Assembly (NCBI GenBank): GCA_964016885.1 | Contig: OZ024741.1 | Coordinates: forward strand, 42,284,001-42,348,000 | Direction of reading: 5' to 3' | Length of the DNA: 64,000 nt | DNA from: Eledone cirrhosa | Lineage: Eukaryota | Shown: positions 30,632 through 46,422 of the stretch, in pieces | Layout: every line of letters starts with the position of its first letter | How positions within the stretch are numbered: position 1 is the first letter of the stretch | The notes under the pieces: model-generated | The model's database searches: none | Seen by the model: only the letters and a program-made list of their open reading frames with translations | What the model was told of the DNA's origin: nothing | Position numbers and translations under genes: made by a program

Positions 30632-30636
<5 letters not shown>
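30042..30636. mobile_element. ~600-bp element with ~85-bp inverted repeats (30042-30127 and 30553-30636) enclosing an HHR
   Basis: GTTATACTTGGGGAGGGTCAT..CACTGTTTGGTTGGTTTTCG and its reverse complement. Confidence 0.7.
30394..30437 (+). ncRNA. Minimal hammerhead ribozyme motif
   Basis: TAACA-CTGATGA-T-GTTGCA(GATG)TGCAAC-GAAA-G(AT)CTT-TGTTA: perfect stems I and II, palindromic stem III AGATCT, CUU triplet. Confidence 0.78.
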
Positions 30637-30681
<45 letters not shown>

Positions 30682-30724
30682 GACGAAACATAAGTCAATT
30701 GCATGAACTCATAATCCTTTATTT

Positions 30725-30780
30725 ACTGCTATATATATTTCGATGATAGCCATTGAATTGCTATGACCTCATCAGGCAGC
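30725..30780 (-). ncRNA. Hammerhead ribozyme motif; related copy 50839-50897
   Basis: Minus strand GCTGC-CTGATGA-GGTCATAGC(AATTCAATG)GCTATCATC-GAAA-T(ATAT)ATA-GCAGT. Confidence 0.75.
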
Positions 30781-30839
30781 TAGTCAGTTCTTAGATATGC
30801 CAGCTCTGTGTTTATGGTGTTGATGGTATCAGAGCCTTG

Positions 30840-30875
<36 letters not shown>

Positions 30876-31030
30876 CAAAGAGGGTGTGGTAACATACCAG
30901 GTGGACCATAACACACCAGAGTACTCGATACTTGTAGTAGTAGAGTGGGTAATATGAAAAGAACAGTTCGGAATTGTTGTCGAAACGGCTGAAGCTCAGC
31001 CGTAGGGGTCCTGAATCTTTTCATATACAT

Positions 31031-32590
<1,560 letters not shown>

Positions 32591-32979
32591 ATATAATTTC
32601 AAAAATTGGCAGCAGATAGAGTGTGAATGAAGCATAAATACAGGAACGGACGAAATGGTATCTATCTATCTATGTCTATCTCTCTCTCTCTCTATATATA
32701 TATATTTATCAACCTCTCTCCCCTCCTCTATCTCTATATATATATACACACAGAGACATATATATATATAATCGTAAGATTGTGAGTTCGATTCCCGGAC
32801 CGGGCAATGCGTTATGTCCTTGAGCTTAACGCATTGTACTATGCTCATATACTATATACACACATATATATATATATATATATAGTATCGTCAAATCGGA
32901 CCGTGGAAACAGTGCTTCCATTGGTCTTTCCAATTACTAATACTATCTATCGGTTGCAACTCCAGGTAGAAGGAGCAAC

Positions 32980-33090
32980 GTGAAAATAAAGTGTCTTGTT
33001 CAAGGACATAACCCATCGCCCGGTCCGGGAATCGAACTCACAACCTCACGATTGTGAATCCAATTCTCAAACCACTCAACCACACGCCTC
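32980..33090 (-). mobile_element. tRNA-derived SINE family S2; also 32770-32850 (+) and 54555-54735 (+)
   Basis: GGCGTGTGGTTGAGTGGTT..GAGTTCGATTCCCGGACCGGGC..GTCCTTGA: A/B-box-like head shared by three copies. Confidence 0.7.
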
Positions 33091-35462
33091 CATTATCTCG
33101 AGAATTTTACCCGCCCTAGTTAGATATATAGCATATAGTTTAGAAAACGTAAGCGTGTGTATGTACTCAATACTAAATGTAGAGTGAAATATAAAATGTT
33201 ATTTGATACTGAAAAACTTTCATATATCATTACTCGGGGTCTCAAGTTTTGAATCATCTGTTGAAAATCTTTTCGTCCAAAAATTAGTAACGTGAAAGAT
33301 ATCTTCATACCGGTGACCAGGTTCGAATGCTTGCAACAGAGTGGGCTCCACTATAGGCACACAAGTGACCACTGCTGAGGTTAAGTCAAGCGATGAATTA
33401 AGTCTATCTCCAGTGTCATTTGAACTCAGGGAGCATTGATCCAGATCAAATACCACATGGAGTCTCATCCAACGATCCACACATTTCTTCAATGTACCTG
33501 TCTGGGCTGGTATTTTATTTTATCGACCCTGAAAGGATGAAAAGTGAAAATCAAAATTGACCTCGGTACGACTTGAACACAGATTGGGGAGGGATGGAAC
33601 AAATACTGCATTACATCATATCCAACACTCCATTACTCTGAAGAATGAAACTACATATCCTATCATGTGACAGAGTTGGGGAGATCAAATACCGCAAGGT
33701 ATTGATGATCAAAGTACTTAACATTCAAATAATCTTGTACACTTTGCTGCAAGGCGAGGAATTAGCAGTCATTCCTTCGTCTAGGGTCGATAAATTTGGT
33801 GCTAGGAATTACAGTTGCCAATTCTATCAGGTATAAACTCCCCACATACTAAATTAGTAATTTGCATATAATCAAAACCTGGAAATCATTTATCCGATCA
33901 TGAGGATTAAAAACCCCAGACAAAGCTTGTTGAGCGCTGGACTAAGTACATTACCTATCTATGTACTTTCGTCACTTTCAGTTCCGAATGACAGTGATTT
34001 TATCTTTTATTCTTCTCGGATTCGATCAAATCAGTGTTAGTATTATTACAGATTTGATTAGGGAAGGGGGGGGGGGGGGGATTTGGGGCTACCAGAATCT
34101 TTAAAGCATCGGACAAAATATTTTGGAGCATTTAGTTATGGCCCTTTACATTCTGAGTTCAGATCCTGCCGCAGATAGCTTTGCCGCCATTCATCTTTAA
34201 AACAAAGTATCAGTAACACACTAGGGTCGATTTAATCGACTTGTTGCTCACCCCAAAATTGACCTTGTGCCTAAATTAGAAACCATTATTATAGAGTTGA
34301 TTCAGTCGGTTAAACATTAGGTTTTAGCGGAAATAATCGATAATGAGATTAATCAAACCAAAATAATGACATATCTTAAGGAAGTGATATAAAATTAAAA
34401 TATTTTTAATAAATTTGTTCAGACGGTTAGAGAAGATAATAAACTTTTAATCTTTTCAGACAAAATCTTTCCGCTAAATTATGGTAAACACTAGCACTGC
34501 TTTTTAATTTTATAATTTCATTATACATATAAGTTGAACTCTTTCATGCCATCAATGACATTTAAGTAGTTTAAGAAAGCTGAAACAAGCTCTCACCAAA
34601 TCAACTTCTAAAGTACACCAAAAGACCTTTCAATAGCCTTTAGCATAATTAAAACGATAGTCCATTTTGTATTGAGATGAAAATGAACAAAAGCGATTAA
34701 AATGACTGATAATTTCTAATAGAGATGTCAGATGTCAAGAGATTCTGCAGAGAAAGAATCAGCAAATTTACTAAAGAATATAAGAGTAAGATAATAATTT
34801 AAAGTTTTATAGCTAATTATTTGGAATGAAGGTATGAAAATGTAACAAACATTATTTCTAGCATGAAAATAAGATATATAAATAAATATAGGTGGTGAAT
34901 TGGCAGAGTCGTTAGAACGTCAGATAGAATGATTTATGGTATTCGTTCCGGCTCTCTGCTCTCTGAGTTCAAATCTCGCCGAGGTCAACTTTACCTTTCT
35001 TCCTTTCTAGGTCAATAAAAAAATACCAGTCTAGTACTGAGGTTGATTCTTCCTCTATATCTCTTTCTCATTTACTCTTTCTCAATTTCTATAAGAAATC
35101 TTCTGTACTCAAGCCTGTAGAGGCATGGACTGCGCCAGGCTTAAAGGGCCCAAGAGACGCCGTATGTCAATGCGGCACCCCTACGACTCTACTAGGATCA
35201 TAATACACACATACATAAATAAATATAGAAATAAACAAAACACAATCGATTACTATCAAATGTCTATATATATCATCACTATTTTCTTTTTCTTTGTAAG
35301 CTACAATATATTCTTTATTTGGTGTGAATTCTCAATGTTAGTTTACCATGTCGTATTTTGTGGGGAATTGTTGGTCTTTTATAGAAGTATATACGGTATA
35401 TGTTGATAGTAGCATTACCACATTGTGATTTATAGTAGAAACATAAATGAAAGTATATACAT

Positions 35463-35630
35463 TACGACGGTCGGCTGAAACGTTCATAGGCTGACTATGG
35501 AGGAACGGTGCTAGCGCTGTGAAATCTTTCATGCATTCATTTTTACTTTTCTTATTAATAACTGCATTGTTTCTTTCCAGAGACTATGTTGAAAAATAAT
35601 CATGTGTTCATTCCATGGTCAGCCTATGAA
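35463..35630. mobile_element. Mariner-type MITE remnant
   Basis: TACGACGGTCGGCTGAAACGTTCATAGGCTGACTATGGA, with inverted TCCATGGTCAGCCTATGAA at 35612-35630. Confidence 0.55.
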
Positions 35631-35956
35631 GGAGTGATGCTAGAGCTGTGAAATATTGCATGCATTAATTTTAACTCTTCTCGGTACTGAGGCAAAATAA
35701 AATAAAACTTATATAGATTTTTGCAAGTAACATATTTATGGATATGCTCATTTGTTTGCTCATAGTGCAAAGTAACACTAACAGCGTGATTCACAATAGA
35801 GACATATGTGAAAGTATATACAATATATTTATGTATAATAAACATATATAAGTATCTTCTCTTTTCTTCTTTGCCTACTTATTCAGAGCTACAGAACCGG
35901 TCACAGGTGGAGGATAGCGATACGGTCACCATCGTAACCGACGGAGTTCCAGTTAA

Positions 35957-36017
<61 letters not shown>

Positions 36018-36020
36018 TGC

Positions 36021-36121
<101 letters not shown>

Positions 36122-36646
36122 CGTGTGTGCGCTAGCGTGAGAGAAAGAGGTGGTAAATATGTTGCATCCCTTTACTTTAATCATGCATTATTTTTAGAAT
36201 ACTATAAAATCTTTGAACTGAAGTCGTTAGGCTTTATCAATAGAGGTGTTAATGAGAGTAAGCAGAGATAATTTTCCTGTCATCCATCTTCGGTAGGTTT
36301 GCTCTCAAGACAGATAAGATAAAGATATTTACATTGATTTACTAAGACAACGAGTCAAATTAATTTGTGTGAAATACGTAAGTTTTCAATCCCGTAGCAA
36401 ATTATCATGAAAAGTATTAACGTTGGTTGATGGAAGACCTTCAGAGAAAATAAATATCTGCCCTACAACCACAAGCAACTGATTAAGACATCACAAAATC
36501 ATCATATCATCCATACCTACAGAACGAAAGACCTACAATCGCAAACGATGTCAGAGCCAATGATCTAACAAGGGAGAATATACTCTCTCATCTGACATTT
36601 TAGAAATAGCAGTCAAATGACTTTCACATGACACATATATGCAAAG

Positions 36647-36815
36647 GCACTGTTGTATGGTTAAGGAGTTGGGTTCTCAACCATGTCGTCTCAGATTCAG
36701 TCCCACTGCGTGGCGGCACCTTGGTCAAGTGCATGTGTCGTCTGCTGAAGCCTCGGGTTGACCAATGCCCTGTGAGTTACATTTGATACACAGAAACTGT
36801 GTAGAAGCCTGTCGT
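36647..36815 (+). mobile_element. tRNA-derived SINE family S3 with (CA)n tail
   Basis: TGGTTAAGGAG..AGATTCAGTCCCACTGCGTGGC..GCCTCGGGTTGACCAATGCC..GAAGCCTGTCGTA followed by (CA)n. Confidence 0.6.
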
Positions 36816-36854
36816 ACACACACCAACACACACGCACACACACACGCACACACA

Positions 36855-36917
<63 letters not shown>

Positions 36918-37396
36918 ACACACACACATATATGTATATATATATATATATGTATGTATGTATGAATGTATGTTTCTTCTGTTTTATAATTTCACAAATG
37001 TTTGCCAACAGAGAGAGAGAGTCGGTTTCTAAAATAGTTACACGACTCTCTCATTAGAATTTACACAACATCAACTAGGTAGATATATATGTCTGCATGC
37101 ATGTGTGTGCAGATGTGGATGTTACTGTATGTGTGGATGTGGATGTTTTGAGTTGTATGTGTGCATGTGCATATGCTTTGTATCTGTACATGTGTATATG
37201 CGATTATTAGATGCAAAATCTTTGGAATGTTTTACATATTTTTACTGTTCCATTAATGGATTGTACTTGTAATTTGCTAACTAATCATGTATGTATGTAT
37301 TATGTATGTATGTATGTATGTATGTATGTATGTATGTATGTATGTATGTATGTATGTATGTATGTATGTATGTATGTATGTTGGTGCTACTGGTAA

Positions 37397-37975
37397 CATG
37401 TATCCCAGTACAACCTGTCTCATGGTCGGGTCGTTGGCCACTAAACTGGCAACCCCACCAAGGTTTCTTGGTGAGGAGGGTGACTTTGGACATCCTGCAG
37501 GACTAAAAACAAAACCTGTCAAAGGGCAAAGGAGCTTTTAAGAGTCAATGGCCATCCAAAATCACCGGGAGAGATGACCCCTTAGCCTTTGTCAGGGCAG
37601 AATTCTAGGAGAAGGAAAACTCTGATATAACACCTGCAACTCTGATGGTATCCAATGATGTTGACTTGTTCTTCTTTTTGGTAAATATCATCTTGGTTAA
37701 GAGAGTGGGACTGGCATTGTGCAGTGCCTTTGCTCACTATAAAAGCTTCACGACACAGGCATTGCTTTATATCTGGAGATCTCTCTGCACTTGTCATCAC
37801 AGGGTACAATGGGCCCAGCACTATGTGTCAATAATTGTCACAAGTGTAGTGTTTGTACCAGAGTTTTCAAGTCGCTGGCTGGACTAAGAAGTCACACCCA
37901 TTCAGCGCATCGGTAGGGGTTCTCCTACATGGATATAAAGTAGTGGCCGTACTCGAAAACGAGTTGGCAGCCACC
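37397..37975 (+). mobile_element. ~580-bp non-autonomous retroelement (RTE-like 5' UTR) embedded in (ATGT)n
   Basis: Near-identical reverse-complement copy at 49643-50219. Contains AAACTGGCAACCCC and GGAGAAGGAAAACTCTGA; the 3' end GGCAGCCACC runs into (ATGT)n. Confidence 0.75.
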
Positions 37976-37978
37976 ATG

Positions 37979-38009
<31 letters not shown>

Positions 38010-38303
38010 GTATGTATGTAAAGTATGTGTATGTAAAGTATGTGTTTGCCGTTTGCTTATGCCGGGTGATTTCACGGTTTTGGCAAAGCGAGAACGAGGT
38101 CGATAAAATAAATGCCCGGCTTGAAAAACGTACTGGGTTTGATATTAGTGACCCAAATCCTTTCAACGCAGTGCTCCAAAATGGCGGTAGTCGAATGACT
38201 GAAACTAATAAAGTAATAAAATAACACAAAATACCGTCTTTAAAAAAGGACATATTAGATAATCAAGTCCAAGATAAGCTCTGTGGACGTGGATATTCTC
38301 TAT

Positions 38304-38440
38304 GAGTGTGGTCATGTCTGGGATATTCTATATCAGTGTGGTCATGTCTGAAATATACTATATCGGTGTGGTCATGTCTGAGATATACTATATAAGCGTG
38401 GTCATGCCTGAGATATACTATATAGGTATATACATGGTTG
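38304..38440. repeat. 30-bp minisatellite, about 4.5 copies
   Basis: GTGTGGTCATGTCTGAGATATACTATATCA-like unit at a 30-bp period. Confidence 0.85.
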
Positions 38441-38794
38441 TGCGGATAAACTGAAGTTAACATGTAATTGGTTGAGTATTCAACAGGTGCATATGCCTTT
38501 AATAGAACCAAACCAACGTAACAACATTTTTGAATTGCAGATACAAAGCCATCCACCAGGTGATGTTCCACGCTGTTTTCTTCAAGCTAATTTTCTTATC
38601 TTACTCAAAATACTTGCGTTGATAGGGAGCTATTGTAAAGACACTTGCCCAAGATTCCACGCATTGCGATGGAACCCTGGACATCACGTGTCCACTTATA
38701 TCAACACTAGAAATGAAGCAATAAGTAACCCAACACGTTTGAATACAGCATATAGGAAACATTGTTCCTTTTTTTTGTTTTGTTTTAAACAATA

Positions 38795-40107
38795 GCTTCT
38801 GATTTAGGAAAAGGGCAAACAATTTTGAAGGAGGAGAAAGTCGATTAAAGCAACCCCAGTGCGTTACTGGTACTTTATGTTATCGACCGTGTACGGATGA
38901 AAGGCAAATACAATCTCGGCGAAATTTGAACTCAGAATATAAAGAATAACACAATAAACATTGCTAAGGGTTGTCTAACCCTCTTACAGTCACATAACCA
39001 GCAAGTTTGTGGGGAAGTAGGAGCAAAGTTGACAGCTATTTTCTTTTATCTCGGAACAGTGAAAGGCAAAGTTGTTTTCGGTAGAATTTGAACACAGAAT
39101 GTAAGGAGACAGAGAAAATGCCGCAGTTACATTTTATCCAACGCTCTAAACCGACACCCGCTTTCTTCTGTTAATGATGGTTTCTGATTTAGGCAGAAAG
39201 CCAACAATTTTGAGGGAGGGGAAAGTCGATTAAATCGACACGAGTGCATTACTGGTACTTTTTTTATCGACCCTGTAAGGATGAAAGGCAAAGCAAACCT
39301 CGGCGCGATTTGAATTCAGAGCGTAACGAGCCGTAACTCTATGCCACAAAGCATATTGTTCGACTCTCTACCGATACTGCCAACACACTGCCCTTCTTTC
39401 TTCTTTTAATAATGGTTTTTAATTTTCACACAGGGTCAACAATTTTGGGGGAGGAAAATTAGACTCCAGTACTTGATTGGTACTTTAGTTTAGTGACTAC
39501 TGAAGGATAAAAGGTAAGGTTGACTTCGGTGGGATTTGAGCTCAGAACATAAGAAGCCGAAACAAATACTTAAGATGCATTTTGTTGGACGCTTTAAAAT
39601 AACGGAACTTGTAGATCAGAAAGTCTCTCCAAGCATAACCATCACTTCTCCGAATTGAGAGATCACAACTCCGATACTATGGGCATGTGGTTAGAATGTC
39701 TCAGGAAAGAATCGCTGGAGAGATTTTACGGGCAAAACCAACCGGTAGGAGACCCAGAGTAGACCCCGAGCAAGATGGCTGGATGACATCCAATAGCTTG
39801 GCAGGTCTCGCTTGGGGATCCAGCCAGATCAGTTAGAGATTGTTGCTTCTCACAGGACCCGCTGGAAGGAATGTTTGAGGGCTCTGCCCTCACGACCCTC
39901 TCACGAATAAATGAGTGAAGAAGAAGAAAAAGAAGAAGAAGAGTAAAATCGACCCCAGTACTTGATTTGCACTTTATTTCATCCACTCATGAAGGATAAA
40001 ATATAAAGTTGACCATGGTGGGATTTGAACTCAGAACATAAAGAGTCGAACCAAATACATAACATGCATGTTGGCCGATGCTTTAACGATTATACTAATC
40101 CACCAAC
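38795..40107 (-). mobile_element. Cluster of five co-oriented S1-type SINE copies
   Basis: (CTGGTACTT..ATCGAC..)GAAAGGCAAA..ATTTGAACTCAGAA-like motif at ~38870, ~39060, ~39250, ~39480 and ~39960. Confidence 0.75.
39600..39942 (+). mobile_element. RTE-clade LINE 3' fragment with (GAA)n tail
   Basis: Reads LLRIERSQLRYYGHVVRMSQERI..PTGRRPR/RPRARWLDDI..RTRWKECLRALPSRP with stops and a frameshift. Confidence 0.8.
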
Positions 40108-40439
40108 CTCGTCTGTAAAGGACAAAAACACCAAAAAACCACCAAGAAAACAAAAGAAACTTCCATGTTTCCTATCTCCTAATTCGCCAATCTATAAAGC
40201 CTAATAAATAAACAAACAAATAAATAAATAAATAAATAATAACGAAAGAATGAATAGAATTAATAAATAATATTAATTCAACAACGTTACTTATTTGCTT
40301 ATTTTCAAATTTTTAAATATTTCCTTAATTAACTAATTAGGTGTTTCCACGTGAACAAATGTGTCACATGCTATAATACTGGTTAATTACATACACTGCG
40401 TATAGGGTAGGAAGGAAAGTATTAAACATCTCTCTCTCT

Positions 40440-40481
<42 letters not shown>

Positions 40482-40482
40482 C

Positions 40483-40513
<31 letters not shown>

Positions 40514-40898
40514 TATTTGTATATATATATATGTATATATATATATGTATATATATGTATATATATATATATATATATATGTATAAGTATATATATATGT
40601 ATATATATGTTTGTATATATATGTATGTATGTATATATGTACACACATATATATATATGTATAAATATGTATGTATGTGTACACGCACAGGCATACGCAC
40701 TTATGTATAATGTATATATGCATACATATGTATGTATATATATATATGCATTTATATATACACACATATATGTATGTATATATATATTTGCATATATATA
40801 TGTGTATGTATATATAAATACTTCATACACACACACACACATATATATGTATATATATATATATATATATATACTTCATACACACACACACACAGAGT

Positions 40899-40929
<31 letters not shown>

Positions 40930-41119
40930 ACATACATACATACATACAATTATACACACATTCTCTGATTGGACTGCAGCAATAACCAGAAAGGAAACAT
41001 TGGCCCTTAAAAGATGACCTTTCTCCTCCATGTCTCAAACGACTTTATATTGTGAAACAACTGTAGTACCATAGTGGCACCATATACACACTGGATTAGA
41101 GTGTATATTATAGAGGTAA

Positions 41120-41278
41120 CTCAACAACAACCACAGCAGCAACATTTCCCTTCATCCCCTCCACCCTCTTCCTTCTCCACCTCCTCCTTTTCCTTCTCCA
41201 CCTCTTCCTCCTCCTCCTCCACCTCCTCCGCCTCCTCCCCAAACTCCTCCTGCTGCTCCTTATCATTCTCATCGCCAC

Positions 41279-41310
<32 letters not shown>

Positions 41311-41347
41311 CTATCACCATCATCATCATCATCATCATCACCATCAC

Positions 41348-41404
<57 letters not shown>

Positions 41405-41458
41405 CACCATCACCATCATCATCATCATCATCATCATCATCACCATCATCACCATCAC

Positions 41459-41489
<31 letters not shown>

Positions 41490-41530
41490 TCCATTCCCAA
41501 TCCCACCGCGGCCACCACCACCACCAATAA
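41120..41530. repeat. (TCC)n/(ATC)n/(ACC)n trinucleotide microsatellite
   Basis: Direct reading. Confidence 0.9.
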
Positions 41531-42018
41531 TTCCCCCTCTCTCCCTAGGCTGCTGGCCCACATGCTCATTTGAGGAAACCGTTGTAACGAGAAATAAAGT
41601 GTTTTGCTCCAGAACTCAAGTTTTACATCATCTTGTCTGGAAATCATGAGCCGAAAACTCTAAACTCTAGGCCTTGGTACCTTCTTCACAAGTACAGTAA
41701 ATAAATATGATGGTTCCTCAAAGATATTTTTACAAATGATGATGGAGCCGTCTCTTACATGTAATAATATTTTAAGTGTTCAATGTTGTTTGTCAGAAAA
41801 GTAATCAATTACATCAATTAGTAATTCCGTGTCATTATTCTAATCTCAAGTACAGATTTGCATGTGGAATATTGAAGTCATGTCAAATACATTGGAAATC
41901 ACTTGTTCTTACTGGTAAACAAAAATGGCTGTTTTTCCTCTCCAAATATCATGCACGATGTTTAATAACGATTTTTAATTTAGGCACAAGGCCAACAATT
42001 TAGATGGGGAGTAGAGTC

Positions 42019-42055
<37 letters not shown>

Positions 42056-42603
42056 AACGAGTAGGACCCCGACGGCTGAGCTCAAGCCGTTTCGACGGCT
42101 AATTCTGGACTGAATTAGTTGTCCAGAATTAGCCGTCGAAACGGCTTGAGCTCAGCCGTCGGGGTCCTACTCGTTCCTATTACCTACTCTACTACCCTAA
42201 GTATTGAGTACTTTGGTGCGTTATGGTCCATCTGGTTCCTTACCACACTTCCTCCGTTATATATATATATATATATATTAGAAAGTGAGGTTTTTTTTAC
42301 AAAATGAAAAATAACCGAGGTGTCCTACACGAGTGAAAGTATAAAGAAAAAAGAATGGAATCGAAAATGCAACTGGAGTCTTATTTTTAAAAATATATAT
42401 ATATTTATTTGGTTCCTGTACCGGTTTCGCAGTTCTTCTGCTTTTCAAAAGTAGAGTTGAGATGGAGGGTCTGTGAGAAAAACCACAGACCCTCCATCTC
42501 AACTCTACTTTTGAAAAGCAGAAGAACTACTAAACCGGTAAAGGAACCAAATAAATATATATATATTTAAAAAAAAAATAAGACTCCAGTTGCATTTTCG
42601 ATT

Positions 42604-42761
<158 letters not shown>

Positions 42762-42861
42762 ATAATAATAAATTTGAAGACTAAAATCCAAAGCAGGCTC
42801 GATAAGGATAAATAAATATATATCAAATATACCGTAGAGCAAATATTTATTAAATCTGTTA

Positions 42862-42943
<82 letters not shown>

Positions 42944-42950
<7 letters not shown>

Positions 42951-43547
42951 AATTAGTATATCTAGTAACATATATATATACACAGATGCATACTTATGCT
43001 AGCAAATATATAGGTTTTGTCTTAGTAACTTTGTGGTTCAATGCATGTGGATGCAGAACAATAATATGAGAGACGTAAAATAAGAAAACTATAAAATTAA
43101 CTTACTTACTAAAATTTCACTCCAACTAATTAGTTTCTGAAAGGGAATAAACATACTTTCCGAAGAAACGTACGGAGAAACCTTTCGTCACCAGGGAAGT
43201 CTATTCTCAGCTAAGTTTCCAGGAAATACGTGGACACAGGGAACTTATACAAAAATAATTCAGTGGATGGAAAAAAGCAAAGCGTGGACTAAATTCCAAG
43301 CCATTGAGAAAATCACTGCCTACTGCGTCGGTGGCAAATTCAAAAGAATCAATCACGTGACATCGAGGTCAATCAGTGAAGAGTGGTTTGTTAAGAAGAC
43401 AGCAGCCGGACTGTTACTATAGTAGCAGTTTTGGCCAACTTTTGCTCGACAAAATAATTTGGAGATAATTATAAAGAATTAGTATATCTAGTAACATATA
43501 TATACACAGATGCATACTTATGCTAGCAAATATATAGGTTTTGTCTT
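42944..43547. mobile_element. ~600-bp element with ~79-bp direct terminal repeats, within (TA)n
   Basis: TATAAAGAATTAGTATATCTAGTAAC...GGTTTTGTCTTA at 42944-43024 and 43470-43547. Confidence 0.65.
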
Positions 43548-43658
43548 ATATATATATATGTATATGTATTCATATATATATACATACATGTATACATATA
43601 TAATAGAAAAAAACGAGGCAGTTTCGTTTACATATGAAAAATATTTATTGCGTATCGA

Positions 43659-43759
43659 CCTGTTACGCGCATTTCGCAGAGGATTGCGTATCGATCTGTT
43701 ACGGGCATTTCATAGAGGTTATGGACTCGACCCCAGAATCGATCTGCTCGTCAGACTGG
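43659..43759 (-). ncRNA. Hammerhead motif with a tandemly duplicated 3' half
   Basis: Minus strand CCAGT-CTGACGA-GCAGA...TCTAT-GAAA-TGCCC-GTA-ACAGA, then 36 nt later TCTGC-GAAA-T(GCGC)GTA-ACAGG. Confidence 0.65.
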
Positions 43760-44213
43760 TGATGTGACAACAGTATTTCACCGTACTAGCCCCCCGTATA
43801 TATATATATATATATAACGAAGGAATTGTGGTAAGGAACCAGATGGACCATAACGCACCAAAGTACTCAATACTTAGGGTAATAGAGTGGTTAATAGGAA
43901 CAAGTACGACCCCGACGGCAGAGCCCAAGCCTTTTCGAAACGGCTTGAGCTCTGCCGTCGGGGTCATGCTTGTTCCTATATATATACATATATAGTAATA
44001 ATAATACATTTGAAGACTAAAATCCAAAGAGGGCTCGATAAGGATAAATATATATCAAATATATAAGAACCGTAGAGAAAATATTTATTAAAATAACAGA
44101 TTAAAATTTAAGCAAAGAATTGCTGCTTTCACCCTTAACGGGATCTTCTGAGTCTCAGAAGATCCCGTTAATCGTGGAAGCAGCGATTCTTTGCTTAAAT
44201 TTTAATCTGTTAT

Positions 44214-44259
<46 letters not shown>

Positions 44260-44428
44260 TTCAAGAGTAACCCATATTAAAGAGGGAGATAGGAGAGGTG
44301 ATATGAGAGGAGAGATTGGTGAATTAGTTAGAAGCCAAAGCGTAAAGGCGTATGCTCAATGTGCTATATGCAGTAGAAAGCAGCTAGGTGGATGGGTTCA
44401 TGCAGAAGTTAGGTGCGCAGAGCTGGAA

Positions 44429-46156
44429 ATATTCATTAGTTCAGCAAAACAAGACCCCAAATTTCACAAGGAAGACATTATTAAAAGATTGTCAACATAT
44501 TTTAGTCTGATGTAATGAATGTAGAGAATAATAATAATAGGTAATAATTGTTTCTACGTTAGGCACAAGCCCAGCAATTATTCAGTGTATTACTGGTACT
44601 TTATTTTATCGACCCCCGTAAGGATGAAAGGCAAAGTTAACCTAATAATAGGTAATAATAACAGGTAATAATAACCCTAGGAAGGCCCCTACCAACTCCA
44701 CTAGAACCCCTAGAAGGAATAGACCTAGAAATATAACCTGGCTCAACACCCCCCCATTCTCTTCTAATCTAGCCACTAATATCCCTAAACGCTTCTTTTC
44801 TATCCTATCTAAACATCCCCCCCCCCATAGATATTACAAACTCTTTAATAAAAATATCATTAAAATCTCATTCTCCACAACACCTAACCTAGCTAGCCAC
44901 ATCGCATTCAGTAACCATCATAAACTAAGACAGTATAACTCCCACACCGCGGTACCACCACCCCTATCAATTACACCACGCCACTACACCAATAATTACT
45001 CTAGTAGCCCCCCCCCCCCCCCCATCTAATCCTTCTAGCACTGACATACCGCTTAGGTTAAACTACCCTACTCTCACTAACCGCAGAAGCAACTGCAACT
45101 GCCGTTACCCTAATGCATGCCCATTAAATGGACACTGCCTGACACCCAACATAGTCTATATGTGCACGGTTAAAACTGCTTCGAATACCAGCTCTCATAT
45201 CGGGTCTACCTCTAACCCTTTTAAGGTACGCTATAACGCGCACTCTTTTTCCTTCCGAGACCCTAGCAACAGATGTTCGACATCTCTAGCTAGGCTCATT
45301 AAAAAACTTAAATTAAGCAACGTTCAACACTCACTAAAATGGGATATCGTGGCTAGGGCCCAACCGTTGAATGGATGAAGAAAATCTTGTGATCTCTGTA
45401 TTACATAAGCATATTACATAACTCTATCACGACATCTGCCGATTAACGATAGAACGGAGGTAACTATTAGCTGTCAACATCGAAGGGCTAATTCCTTCGC
45501 CAATAGAATATTTGACCCAACTTAGTCATCTAGCCCCATTTTTACTTGTAGCTAATAAGTTAAATAGCTATGACTAACTTACATAATTATAGGTTACCTC
45601 CTCGACACTGTCTCTCAATAAAAAAAAATAAAAAATTAGCACTTAACTATAAACTACCCACAATTTCTAATCTCTCGAGGAGTTACTTCCCCTGAAACAA
45701 CCCTCTAATTAGTAAGGTAAATATGTCCTTTGGCAGCCATCTTGTTACCCATAGGCAGATCTCACACAATGCAGCCTCGACAGATGAATACTGTTTGATT
45801 ATGGCTGACAACTGATACAACCAGGACACCATAGTGAAATACCAATATATGGATCATTATATTATCTAACACTCTCTCCTTATTTTAATTTATATTCTTT
45901 TGAAGTTCCGATGAGTCGCTCTGTTTTTTAAATATGTTAATTATTTTCAACTGAACCAGATCAATTATGATATATAGTCATCTGATTCAGAAATATTATA
46001 TGGAGTAGCGAAACAATTGTAAACGGACATTATTATTATTAATATTATTATTATTATTCTCTACATTCCTTACATCAAACTAAAATATGTTGACAATCTT
46101 TTAATAATGTCTTCCTTGTGAAATTTGTGGTCTTGTTTTGCTTAACTAATGAATAT
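44429..46156 (+). mobile_element. 5'-truncated Naiad-like PLE: inverted pLTR fragment, GIY-YIG pseudo-ORF (~44660-45525), 3' pLTR with HHR
   Basis: RNRPRNITWLN..TNIPKRFFSIL..FNKNIIKISFSTTPN..CNCRYPNACPLNGHCL..IVY..HIGST..FKVRY..CDLC..CQH with stops at 45376 and 45406. 44429-44539 is the reverse complement of 46046-46156. Confidence 0.85.
45905..46024 (+). ncRNA. Hammerhead motif with a long stem II insertion, in the 3' pLTR of the GIY-YIG element
   Basis: GTT-CCGATGA-GTCGCTCTGT(~75 nt)ATGGAGTAGC-GAAA-C(AATT)GTA-AAC; core has U4-to-C. Confidence 0.6.
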
Positions 46157-46358
46157 ATATATATATATATTCAGTTAAGTTCGGTGGTCACCACTGGATA
46201 GAACTGGTCATCCCGCATAGTTAACCATAATGCATTAGTAGGAAATGCACTCGACGTTAGGTAACACATCTATCTTTGATGTTGAATCCTGTTGGTGGTG
46301 AGGGAACGGAGTTAAATATTATAGAGTAATTTCTGTCATTTTACTCTATAGTATATAT

Positions 46359-46409
<51 letters not shown>

Positions 46410-46422
46410 TGTATGTATAGTA

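Noticed and set aside
34330-34860. Possible decayed PLE RT (VREDNKLLIFSDK; FMPSMTF..KKA)
   Set aside because: Similarity limited to two short motifs among many stops; needs a profile search.
38304-38440. 30-bp repeats as a CRISPR array
   Set aside because: Direct tandem units with no unique spacers and no cas genes, in a eukaryotic context.
41074-41649. Poly-Ser, poly-Asp and poly-Met ORFs
   Set aside because: Translations of an (ATC)n microsatellite.
45376-45378. In-frame TGA in a Naiad-like GIY-YIG as possible selenocysteine
   Set aside because: It is not at a conserved Cys position, a TAA follows 10 codons later, the copy has frameshifts, and I could not identify a SECIS.
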